Below, piece by piece: positions 37,604 through 46,568 of a stretch of 48,627 bases of DNA. The translations under genes were made by a program, and so were the position numbers. Positions within the stretch are counted from its first letter, which is position 1; each line of letters starts with the position of its first letter. The stretch comes from Yoonia sp. (GTDB lineage Archaea; Thermoplasmatota; Poseidoniia; Poseidoniales; Poseidoniaceae). The notes beneath the pieces are model-generated. The model was given only the letters and a program-made list of their open reading frames with translations, was not told the DNA's origin and made no database searches. The stretch lies in NCBI GenBank assembly GCA_964230945.1, contig CAXRJJ010000052.1:1-48627 (forward strand), read 5' to 3'.

Positions 37604-38557
37604 ATGAGTGGCTTTCTCCCGCCGAAGAGTGGGAGTACTATGCCAGCAGAGTACACCGCCTTCCACGGCTTGTATGAGGACTTCATGTTCTGGTCGATAA
37701 TTGTAGGAATAATCGTCTTTGTTTGGATGATTTATGCAGTATTGAGATTCCGCCAAGGCATGGTCGATGAATCTAAACTAGAGAAATTAGAACCAGGGGT
37801 GTTCCCTAAGGAAAGGGACAACATGACTCTGGAAACCGCTTGGATTGTTTTACCCACAATTTTGGTTGCTTGGTTGTGTGTTCTATCTTGGCAATCATTG
37901 TATGATGCATGGGGCAATCCTCCTTCCGATGAAGAAGCCTTTGTGGTAGATGTCACTGCAACCCAATGGAATTGGGCATTCACATACACAGAACCTATCA
38001 CTGTCGAAGAGACTGCTGATGGGCTACCATACCAATTGGTGGTAGCAGTATCAGATGGTTCAATATCGGTGTCTACGGGTACTATGGATGTCAATTTGAC
38101 AGCGATTTGGACGAATGGTCCCGCTAGCGGCCAATTCAATATCAGCGATGGGGGAGCCACTCAAAATACGGTTATCGATCTTCAAGAGACCATGATTCTG
38201 AAGATTAACGACGCCGATGGAGATGAGGTATATTCTTTCCAGCGCTATCCGGCTCAATCCTCCAGTGCAGGTGAAGTCTACGTTCCATGTGGCGAGGACA
38301 TCAAGATGAATATGATTAGCGAGCGTGTTGGTGAAGCAGATGCAGTACTACACGCTTTGTTCCTACCTGAATGGGGAGTCAAGGAGGATGTGGTGCCAGG
38401 AGTGACTACCATGCTCTACTTCACACCTCAAGAGACTGGAACATTCGATGTTGTTTGCGCTGAATATTGTGGAATGAGACACGCATACATGACGATGAAA
38501 ATCACTGTAGTTCCAGTTGCAGATAGTGTATATGATGCTTGCAGGAGTGATGCATGA
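37604..38557 (+). CDS. coxB: Cytochrome c oxidase subunit II
   Basis: Two TM helices (LETAWIVLP), QWNWAFTY, CuA ligands VLHA...CAEYCGMRHAYM. Confidence 0.95.
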   Translation: MSGFLPPKSGSTMPAEYTAFHGLYEDFMFWSIIVGIIVFVWMIYAVLRFRQGMVDESKLEKLEPGVFPKERDNMTLETAWIVLPTILVAWLCVLSWQSLYDAWGNPPSDEEAFVVDVTATQWNWAFTYTEPITVEETADGLPYQLVVAVSDGSISVSTGTMDVNLTAIWTNGPASGQFNISDGGATQNTVIDLQETMILKINDADGDEVYSFQRYPAQSSSAGEVYVPCGEDIKMNMISERVGEADAVLHALFLPEWGVKEDVVPGVTTMLYFTPQETGTFDVVCAEYCGMRHAYMTMKITVVPVADSVYDACRSDA

Positions 38558-40860
38558 TGAGAAGAAAAGCAATTCTCATTCTAGCTATTTTTGGGGTTTC
38601 GATATTACTGGCTCCTCAGTTTCAAGCCTCTCCCGGCGGAATCGGTAGTTCAGTAGACGATAGCGGTTGTTTTTGTCACACTGAAGATAAGGGGACTGAA
38701 GTAAGCATTACCGGTCTGCCAGATTCTTTCAATGCTAGTACGGAATACACATTGACGCTTGCAGTTTCCAATTCAGATATCCCTGGTGCATCCGAGAACA
38801 GCAACATGGGTGGTTTCAGATTGATTATCGATGGTGGAACCTTATCGGGTTTTGATCAAACATTGATTCAAGTGATGGATGGGGGGCTGACTCATACTGA
38901 ATTGGGTAATGACCTAAGGACTTGGGAAGTTGTTTGGACATCACCCGCTGATGATACCAAAGTTGTTGAATTCACATTGTGGGGCAATGCGGTTAATGGC
39001 AATGCGAATGGAGCCAGTGGGAATTCCGGAGATGGATACAATGGTGCAACATACCAAGTTGCAGGTTTGAATGCTGGACCGATTGTGGAAGAGGTCGATG
39101 CTAAGCGCGCAATGGTAGTATTCCTTAGCGTTGTTTTGTTAGTATTGACTTTGATGGCACTTGCAACACTCTACGTCTTCTATTCCCGTAATCCTGAAGG
39201 ATTCAGCATGGGTAATTTCTGGGAGTGGCTGAAGGGTTGGATGACAACTACAGATCACAAGGGTGTAGGTTTGTTGTATCTGAACTTTGGTCTACTGTTC
39301 TTCCTAGTCGGCGGATTATTGGCTCTATTGTTTAGAATCCAATTGGCGACACCAATGAATGATTTCCTGACTGAGCAAGAGTACAATTCCTACTTCACCT
39401 TGCACGGCACTACAATGGTTTTCCTTGCTGCAATGCCGATGATTGCAGGATTTGCTAACTACATTGTACCCTTGCAGATTGGTGCTCAAGACCTTGCCTT
39501 CCCAAGAGTAAACGCTCTAGGATTCTGGCTATTGCCACCTGCAGCAATTCTGCTCTATGCGGGCATATTCAGTGGCCAAGGTGGAGATATTACTTGGGTC
39601 ATGTATCCACCATATTCCAGTTCAACTGGAGGCGGCGACATGTCTGCCAACACAGGAACTACATTCTTCATCGCTGGAATGATTATGTTAGGAGCATCAT
39701 CAACTCTCTCTGGTGTCAACTTCATTACTACATTCCTGACTATGCGCGGGCATGGAGTCAGTTGGATGAAGATGCCATTGTTCTCTTGGAGTATTCTGAT
39801 TTCGATGTTTATGCTATTCCTCTCTCTCCCAGCATTGGTGATTGGTGTAGTAATGTTGTTCTTGGACCGGACCATCGGTTCTGTCTTCTTTGCAACCAAT
39901 ATTGGAGATCCGATACTCTTCCAACACTTGTTCTGGTTCTTCGGGCATCCTGAAGTGTATGTCGTTGTAGTTCCGGCTTTCGGTGTTGTGTCTGAGGTTC
40001 TAGCGACCAGCGCTAGAAGATCTGTATTTGGATACAAATCGATGGTATATGCAATGGCAGGAATTGGAATCGTTGGCTTCATCGTTTGGGGGCACCATAT
40101 GTTGACTAGTGGAATGGACCCACAATTGAGATTCATTATGATGGCAACGACCATGTTAGTTGCGATACCTACTGGAATCAAGGTTTTCAATTGGCTTGCT
40201 ACTTTATGGGGTGGCTCATTAGTATTCAAGACCCATACTTTGTGGGCTTTAGGATTCTTGATTACATTCACACTCGGTGGAATTTCAGGTATGTTCTTCC
40301 CTGTTGCAGGCCTTGATATGCACTTCCATGACACGTATTTCGTAGTCGCTCACTTCCACTATGTATTCGTTGGAGGGGTTGTATTCGGCCTATTCTCAGC
40401 CTTCTATTACTGGTACCCTAAGTGGACTGGCAGAAAAATGAATGAGAAGTTGGGAATGCTACACTTCCTGTCTTCATTCATCTCATACAATGCAGCCTTT
40501 TGGCCCATGCACCGCCTTGGAATCATGGGAATGCCACGTAGAACTCACTCCTATACCATAGATTCCGGATATGGAGACCTCAATTCCACCATTACTGTCT
40601 GGGCTATAATCTTCGGATTGTCGCAATTGATCATGGTTTGGAATATGATTTACAGCCAGAAGCGTGGACAAGTAGCTGGCCCAGATCCATGGGGTGGATG
40701 GTCTTTGGAGTGGTCAACCACTTCACCACCTCCAACTCCTTCCTTTGCAGAGATTCCAATACAGAGGGATGCAAATACCGAGGCTCACGAGGATGGTTGG
40801 TTCGTACGCGGTGTCAAACGCTTATGGATGATTGGTGAGAAGAAGGAGGCGAAAGAATGA
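38554..40860 (+). CDS. coxA: Cytochrome c oxidase subunit I (A1 type) with N-terminal Reeler-like domain
   Basis: TLHGTTM, D-channel DLAFPRVN, GHPEVY, WGHHM, K-channel PTGIK, FHDTYFVVAHFH, GMPRR. About 228-aa N-terminal extension. Confidence 0.96.
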   Translation: MMRRKAILILAIFGVSILLAPQFQASPGGIGSSVDDSGCFCHTEDKGTEVSITGLPDSFNASTEYTLTLAVSNSDIPGASENSNMGGFRLIIDGGTLSGFDQTLIQVMDGGLTHTELGNDLRTWEVVWTSPADDTKVVEFTLWGNAVNGNANGASGNSGDGYNGATYQVAGLNAGPIVEEVDAKRAMVVFLSVVLLVLTLMALATLYVFYSRNPEGFSMGNFWEWLKGWMTTTDHKGVGLLYLNFGLLFFLVGGLLALLFRIQLATPMNDFLTEQEYNSYFTLHGTTMVFLAAMPMIAGFANYIVPLQIGAQDLAFPRVNALGFWLLPPAAILLYAGIFSGQGGDITWVMYPPYSSSTGGGDMSANTGTTFFIAGMIMLGASSTLSGVNFITTFLTMRGHGVSWMKMPLFSWSILISMFMLFLSLPALVIGVVMLFLDRTIGSVFFATNIGDPILFQHLFWFFGHPEVYVVVVPAFGVVSEVLATSARRSVFGYKSMVYAMAGIGIVGFIVWGHHMLTSGMDPQLRFIMMATTMLVAIPTGIKVFNWLATLWGGSLVFKTHTLWALGFLITFTLGGISGMFFPVAGLDMHFHDTYFVVAHFHYVFVGGVVFGLFSAFYYWYPKWTGRKMNEKLGMLHFLSSFISYNAAFWPMHRLGIMGMPRRTHSYTIDSGYGDLNSTITVWAIIFGLSQLIMVWNMIYSQKRGQVAGPDPWGGWSLEWSTTSPPPTPSFAEIPIQRDANTEAHEDGWFVRGVKRLWMIGEKKEAKE

Positions 40861-41999
40861 GCGAAAACTCACACCAAGATAGTCCATGGATGGGCAGTTT
40901 TGGAATTGGCCTTCTGCTAATGGGCCTAGCAACAGGAATACTGGTGGTTTCATTTATCGGTTACAAGGCTACACATGCTCATGCTATTTGGACCGGCGGT
41001 AGAGTAGCGTTCATTTTGATAGCGTTCTATGGACTAATGGGAATCATTGCAGGACTAGTCAATAGTTCAGTTGAAGCAGGGTCTGGAGATAGCCATGATC
41101 ACGGTCATGGAGATCACGATGATCACGCGCACCACGGTTCTTTTTCACCTATTATCATGAGTGTTGGTATCATGCTGTTCCTGTACGGTTTTGTCGAATC
41201 CTACATTCTATGTGCTGCTGGATTATTGATTACATTCCTTGGAGTATTCAACTGGTGGAGAGAAGATTTCCCAAATGATGGTAAGCATGAGATGAAATCT
41301 CTTGGAAAGCCATTTGGAGGGCAGGATGTACGTAAGGTAGGTCTCTGGATTTTCTTGATGTCAGAAACTATGGTATTCGGTTCATTCTTCAGTTCTTATC
41401 TCAGGATGCGAATGGGTTGGTCAACCCACTGGAACGAACAGTGCAATTCGTTAGGAGAAACCGGTAGTAATCTTCCAGCATGTTCAGATGGATATGTAAT
41501 CGTCGCATCAGAATATATCATCGACAGTTTCTGGACCTTATTGCCAGGCGCTATCAATACCTTCGCGCTGATTCTTTCTTCTTACACTGTTGTTTTGGCA
41601 CTTAAGTCAGCCAAGGCCAAGGTCTTCATTCCATCCAAGAACAAGTTTGTCCGCATGTGGATGCCTGATAGAAGGCGCGCAGTTCGAAACAACTTAGTTG
41701 CAACTTTGGCACTAGGTACAATGTTCCTTGTACTGAAGCTAATTGAGTGGGAGCACCTAATCTATGACTACGACTTCACTGTCAAGTCTAGTCTTGCCGC
41801 ATCAATCTTCTACGTCTCTACAGGGGCGCACGGATTCCACGTATTTGTTGGCCTGATCATCTTGTGCTTCTTCTCTTTCAAGGCACATAGAGATGGTTGG
41901 CAACCTGAAAACTCACAGAGTATCGAATATTTCGGTCTCTATTGGCACTTTGTGGATTTGGCTTGGGTCGCCATCTTCCCTGCGTTTTATTTGTATTAG
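40857..41999 (+). CDS. coxC: Cytochrome c oxidase subunit III with N-terminal extension
   Basis: GLWIFLMSE..FGSFF, NT..LI.SS, TGAHGFHV, YWHFVD..W. ATGA overlap with coxA. Confidence 0.93.
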   Translation: MSENSHQDSPWMGSFGIGLLLMGLATGILVVSFIGYKATHAHAIWTGGRVAFILIAFYGLMGIIAGLVNSSVEAGSGDSHDHGHGDHDDHAHHGSFSPIIMSVGIMLFLYGFVESYILCAAGLLITFLGVFNWWREDFPNDGKHEMKSLGKPFGGQDVRKVGLWIFLMSETMVFGSFFSSYLRMRMGWSTHWNEQCNSLGETGSNLPACSDGYVIVASEYIIDSFWTLLPGAINTFALILSSYTVVLALKSAKAKVFIPSKNKFVRMWMPDRRRAVRNNLVATLALGTMFLVLKLIEWEHLIYDYDFTVKSSLAASIFYVSTGAHGFHVFVGLIILCFFSFKAHRDGWQPENSQSIEYFGLYWHFVDLAWVAIFPAFYLY

Positions 42000-42011
42000 G
42001 AGGTGTGATGA

Positions 42012-42395
42012 ATGGGAGAACATGCTGCAACTGGGATGGAAAAGTGGTTGTTGGATAAGACCGGCAAGGACATCTATTTCTGGAATTTTATCGCATTGAT
42101 GGTGTTGACCGTAATTGAGGTCGCAGCGGTATACGTGAAATGGGAAGATGTTTTCAACACAACTCTAGAGAATGCCAAGTTGCTGACTTGGGCAATTCTA
42201 ATCGGTGTAGGAGTGGTGAAGGCATACGGCATAGCATTCTTTTTCATGCATCTGAAAGATGACCCATTCATCTATACTAAGACCGCTTTCTTCCCTCTTA
42301 TTTTCGTATTGTTGATGCTCTACGGAATCGGTTTGTCAAACCCTGGTGGAGTTGATGACTTGCCAAGTTGGTGTTTGCCACCTTGGGTTAAGTGA
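42012..42395 (+). CDS. coxD: Cytochrome c oxidase subunit IV family protein
   Basis: LMVLTVIEV and VKA..IAFFFMHLK.D motifs. SD GGAGGTG. Confidence 0.85.
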   Translation: MGEHAATGMEKWLLDKTGKDIYFWNFIALMVLTVIEVAAVYVKWEDVFNTTLENAKLLTWAILIGVGVVKAYGIAFFFMHLKDDPFIYTKTAFFPLIFVLLMLYGIGLSNPGGVDDLPSWCLPPWVK

Positions 42396-42444
42396 TTTGT
42401 TCACTTGAAGAATTATATTGTATTGCTATTGTCAAGAAATTACA

Positions 42445-42460
42445 CAATAATGTATTATTG
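42445..42460. promoter_or_regulatory. Inverted repeat immediately upstream of the sco gene
   Basis: CAATAAT-GT-ATTATTG, 10 nt before the ATG. Confidence 0.4.
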
Positions 42461-42470
42461 AGTTGATTTT

Positions 42471-43769
42471 ATGGGAACTAAAATAGTTTCAATTGCAACG
42501 ATGATGCTTCTTGCTGCCTTTGCTGGATGCATGGGAGATTCACCTTCTGAGCATATGCACGGAGAGGATTACAAGGGGGTACCATTGACTTCAGGTAGTG
42601 CTGGAGATTTCACCTTGGAAGACCACACTGGACAGAATGTCACACTCTCTAGCCTTGAGGGGGATTTAGTGGTAGTTTCTTTCATTTTCACTCGATGCCC
42701 TGATACATGTCCACTAATTACTTCCAAATTGAGGCATGTAGCCGATGAACTTGGAGACAAGGTGGGTGATGAAGTTCATTTTGTTTCAGTATCTTTGGAT
42801 CCAGAATATGATACTAAAGAGAGATTGACTGCATATACAGAGTTACATCAGGTCGATTGGCCGCATTTGACAGGGGAGAGAGAAGACCTTGAACAGGTGT
42901 GGGAGAATTTTGGTTTGCAAGTTAATCGAACATTCATTGAATCACATGTGAAGATGAATCATGTATCGGTTCTTTATCCTGATAATACAACTGAAACATT
43001 CACAGTCATGAATGAAGATTTGCCAGTAGATGCTAAAGGCTGGAATCTTACCACGTTGTCTTTTGAATCAAACAATATTTCATTGAATTCCACCTATGAT
43101 GAGCAATATGGTCACGGCATCGCTGGAATTAACGGCACAGATTCTCCAGATGATTGGTCATGGTGGTGGTCATTACTGATTTGGAATTCTAGTAATTCTT
43201 CATGGGATGAATCAGATGTCGGCATCAGCTTTGTTGAAGTTGGGCCAGATACCCATATCGCTTGGGCTGCCAATTCCTCTAATCTTTCCTTGTTGCCAAA
43301 CCCTGAGATGCTGAATGACCATTCACACCACGATCATGGAGATTCTGAAGACGATGATTCGCATTCTGAACATGGCAATTCAGAAGAAGATAATGAATCA
43401 CATTCTGGACATGACCATTCCGAACATGGCGATGAGGATGATTCGGACGATGACTCTCATGACCACATGCACACACACTCATTGTCAGAGGGTGAACATG
43501 GCCATGATGACGAAGAAACTGTTGAATTGACGAATTATACTGTTGGCCACAATACTGTCACATTCATCTTGGACGAAGAATTGGATAAGCGCATAGCTTT
43601 CCTAGGAGATTCTTGGCCAGATGAGCATCTGGTTGATGATGTCAACACTTTGCTCAAAGAATCTTCAGAAGATTCTCATTCCCACTCCTCGCCATCGATT
43701 GGAGTAGTATTCACAATCCTTTCAATTCTTGGCGCAGTGTTGTTTTTACAACGTTCGAGAATAGAATAA
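42471..43769 (+). CDS. SCO1/SenC family copper chaperone lipoprotein with inserted DUF4430-like domain and His/Asp tract
   Basis: Lipobox FAGC, FIFTRCPDTCP, VSVSLDPEYDT, W..LTG, distal HNTVTFILD, C-terminal TM signal. Confidence 0.88.
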   Translation: MGTKIVSIATMMLLAAFAGCMGDSPSEHMHGEDYKGVPLTSGSAGDFTLEDHTGQNVTLSSLEGDLVVVSFIFTRCPDTCPLITSKLRHVADELGDKVGDEVHFVSVSLDPEYDTKERLTAYTELHQVDWPHLTGEREDLEQVWENFGLQVNRTFIESHVKMNHVSVLYPDNTTETFTVMNEDLPVDAKGWNLTTLSFESNNISLNSTYDEQYGHGIAGINGTDSPDDWSWWWSLLIWNSSNSSWDESDVGISFVEVGPDTHIAWAANSSNLSLLPNPEMLNDHSHHDHGDSEDDDSHSEHGNSEEDNESHSGHDHSEHGDEDDSDDDSHDHMHTHSLSEGEHGHDDEETVELTNYTVGHNTVTFILDEELDKRIAFLGDSWPDEHLVDDVNTLLKESSEDSHSHSSPSIGVVFTILSILGAVLFLQRSRIE

Positions 43770-43794
43770 TCGTTGCAATTTCAATTGCTTGATT

Positions 43795-43879
43795 TGGCGC
43801 GGAGAGAGAGATTTGAACTCCCGTGGCGTGAACCACCGGATTTCAAATCCGGCGCAATACCAGGCTATGCGATCTCCGC
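43795..43879 (-). tRNA. tRNA-Ser(TGA)
   Basis: Acceptor GCGGAGA/TCTCCGC, G73 plus encoded CCA, anticodon arm CCGGA-TTTGAAA-TCCGG, long variable arm, T loop TTCAAAT. Confidence 0.95.
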
Positions 43880-43981
43880 AGTTACAACTGCGAACCGCTG
43901 CTCTTTCTTCAATACGCAGGTAGTTCAGGCTCACTACTTACCATCGATTGTTTTTCAAATCAGGCCGCGTCTCGGCGGTAC

Positions 43982-45463
43982 ATGCGGGGCGTGCACACGG
44001 TACTGTTTGCCACTTTGGTCATGCTCATCATGCCACTTTCCGGTTGTGTAGGAACAAATGTTGCAGAATGGGGAACAGAATCCGGAGAACTTACAGTTTC
44101 AATGGATGGAGATAGAGTTTCTATCGATACAAAATTAACCGGCTCTCAACATTCTATGAGCGTCAACAAAACCTCTTGTTTTGATGATCAAGAGGCGGAA
44201 CCATTTGTCGTTGAAGGCTGGCTATCTCAATACCACCACTATCTCCAAAGTGCAGATGAGCCCGGTGATGATGACGACTTGCTAAAGGCAGTGACCACAG
44301 TCGTCATTGTTGAGATAATGGATTTCCCTACGGCTTTGCAACAATCTGCCCCCAATGCCAAGCGAGTTGACGTCAAGGATTTCGGCGACCCAGCAACTGG
44401 ACAAAAGGCCAACCCTCTTTCTCCGAGAACTTTGGGAGAACCGAAGTTAGACAAAGACACCGCGTACCTAACACTAGGACTAATTCCGGCCTCAGAGAAT
44501 ATCTTGTTTGGCCTCAATGCATTGGATTGGCATACGCCTGTGCGAATCGAAGGATATTTCCTAACCAAGGACAATGATTCATCGGTAGGTAATGCATTTA
44601 CTTCCACTAGCAAACTTCCTGACTCTATTGCTTGTAGGTTGACTAAGGGGCCAGGAGGAGAAATATTACTGGCTACTAAAGTGCAAATCGGTGAAGATAC
44701 CATAATCTCGATGAGCGGAGAGAGCGATGATGAATGGGTCAATGGAGACGTTCCGATTCTTGGACGTTGGGCCTACACGATTTCCTTGATGGCGATTGGA
44801 GGCGGAGGGGCATTTGGCATGTTCATTCTATCAACCGCAATGCAGCGCCGAAGTGCAGCAGCAGCGGCATCGATGTTGCTTGGCAAGGATAGAGTGTCCA
44901 AAGCGAAGGGAATCAAGAAGGAGATTAAGGAAGCTAGAGAGGATGGTCTCGAGATATCCAAGACTAAGAGAAAGAAGGATTCGGTTCGCTCTTCAGCTCC
45001 AAAGGTACAGGAAGAGGAAATCAAAGGCTTCAGTCTAGATAATGTTCTAGGCTCCGGTCCAAGCATCTCAGGCAGCACCATGGAGATGGGTGGAGGTAGC
45101 GTACTCGTTACTGACGAAGCAATTGACATGGAGGAAAAATTGGAAGATATGCAAACCTCATCATCAGGTTTGGTTGACAGTATCATCGGAGGCGCGCAAC
45201 CCGCTTCCAGAGGGCCCCCGGGAGGTGGTGCAGAAAGGCAATCAGCTCCACCTTCAAGGGCTGCTAGTTCACCTCCAGCACGCGAGAGGTCTCCTCCGAG
45301 AGAAAGAACCCCTCCACGGAGTCAAGAACAGGCCCGTTCACGCGGTCCTCCTCAGCGTCAACAAAGGGCAGCTAGCCAACCACCTCAACAGGAATCTCCC
45401 CCTCCCCGCCAGCGAAGACCTTCGATGGCGGATGACGATGATTTCTCGGACTTTTCGTTCTAA
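43982..45463 (+). CDS. Lipoprotein-type membrane protein with disordered Pro/Arg/Gln-rich cytoplasmic tail
   Basis: Lipobox LSGC, internal TM helix, low-complexity tail ending DDDDFSDFSF. Confidence 0.78.
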   Translation: MRGVHTVLFATLVMLIMPLSGCVGTNVAEWGTESGELTVSMDGDRVSIDTKLTGSQHSMSVNKTSCFDDQEAEPFVVEGWLSQYHHYLQSADEPGDDDDLLKAVTTVVIVEIMDFPTALQQSAPNAKRVDVKDFGDPATGQKANPLSPRTLGEPKLDKDTAYLTLGLIPASENILFGLNALDWHTPVRIEGYFLTKDNDSSVGNAFTSTSKLPDSIACRLTKGPGGEILLATKVQIGEDTIISMSGESDDEWVNGDVPILGRWAYTISLMAIGGGGAFGMFILSTAMQRRSAAAAASMLLGKDRVSKAKGIKKEIKEAREDGLEISKTKRKKDSVRSSAPKVQEEEIKGFSLDNVLGSGPSISGSTMEMGGGSVLVTDEAIDMEEKLEDMQTSSSGLVDSIIGGAQPASRGPPGGGAERQSAPPSRAASSPPARERSPPRERTPPRSQEQARSRGPPQRQQRAASQPPQQESPPPRQRRPSMADDDDFSDFSF

Positions 45464-46491
45464 TCCCAAACTACGGATTTTGCTCCCCGTACGATTAATT
45501 GGTCAGGATAGAACTCTAGGACCACGGGTGTCTGTATACATGGTTCTCCATCAGATTGAACAAATAATGGCGGAGAATGTGAGGAGTCTGTAGGCTCTCC
45601 ATCGTCTCCAAGAGATCTAATTTCCACTTTCTTTGCATCTTTGTATTCAATTCCGAAGCGACCGATATGTGTTCCTTTACGCAGAGGACCCATGAGTCTG
45701 ATCATCTTCATCTTCGACAAATTGAATCCCAGAATTAAATGCCCATGTGGATTTGTCGGACTGGCACCAGGACAAACTCGGTACCCTCCACCGAAAGTTT
45801 CGCTCATTGTAAAGGCAAGAACTGACATATCACCCTTCAGGGGCTCCTCATCGTCCACTTTTACCCAAGCCATTTTCTTCTTCCATCGTAGGACTTCAGT
45901 CAATCCGAGATAGGTATATTTCAGACTACCGCGAATCCATTTCCCTCTGCTTAGTTTAGCCCTGCTGGTCATCGAAGTAACTCCAGCATCTGATTCTAAG
46001 AATACCCACCTTACGACGTTCCCCTCTGAATTTATCGGTCCATCACATTCTCTTGGCATAGGTGCTGGATATCCTTTGACAGATGGAGCAGGTACACCTT
46101 CCAAACGCAAAGCCCCAACACTACGATCAATGCCATTTTTCAGGGTCTCTATCGTCAAATCGAGTTTCTTTCTATGCAGGCCGTGTGCCATTGCTAGATC
46201 ATTTCCCGAACCGGTTGGTATCAATCCAAGAATCAAATCACTACCTCTGAGGGCGCTGGCAACTTCATTGACAGTACCATCTCCTCCCATTGCGACAATC
46301 AATGGTTTGTTTTCTGCATCTTGACACTCCTTTCTCAATTTCCAAGCGATTTCGGTAGCATGTCCAACACTCTCGGTCATATGAGCAGTGACTTTCCAAT
46401 TCTCTTCAAGCCGAGGAAGAATCTTTGGCCACAGTTTGCCAGAATTGCCATCGCGACTCATCGGATTGATGATGCAGTGCATCTCGGCCAT
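45460..46491 (-). CDS. Diacylglycerol/lipid kinase family protein (YegS/BmrU-like)
   Basis: IINPMS, GGDGTVNEV, IPTGSGNDLA, QSDGE. Confidence 0.9.
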   Translation of the reverse strand: MAEMHCIINPMSRDGNSGKLWPKILPRLEENWKVTAHMTESVGHATEIAWKLRKECQDAENKPLIVAMGGDGTVNEVASALRGSDLILGLIPTGSGNDLAMAHGLHRKKLDLTIETLKNGIDRSVGALRLEGVPAPSVKGYPAPMPRECDGPINSEGNVVRWVFLESDAGVTSMTSRAKLSRGKWIRGSLKYTYLGLTEVLRWKKKMAWVKVDDEEPLKGDMSVLAFTMSETFGGGYRVCPGASPTNPHGHLILGFNLSKMKMIRLMGPLRKGTHIGRFGIEYKDAKKVEIRSLGDDGEPTDSSHSPPLFVQSDGEPCIQTPVVLEFYPDQLIVRGAKSVVWD

Positions 46492-46568
46492 GTTGCGGCA
46501 GAATCAGAATTGGACTTGAATGAGTCGATGTCCTCATCAGTAGTATGCTACTCGCAAGGGTGAACGAC

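Noticed and set aside
38668-38679. Canonical cytochrome c heme-binding site
   Set aside because: The motif is CFCH (CxCH), not CxxCH, so c-type heme attachment cannot be claimed.
39555-40334. 259-aa minus-strand ORF
   Set aside because: Antisense shadow of the hydrophobic coxA sequence.
42440-42466. dif-like site (resembles the ATAATGTA..TTAT core)
   Set aside because: The spacer between TAA and TTA is 4 bp rather than the 6 bp of Xer sites, and the outer arms do not match.
43773-44051. 92-aa ORF with Cys cluster
   Set aside because: It overlaps tRNA-Ser on the opposite strand and the next gene out of frame.
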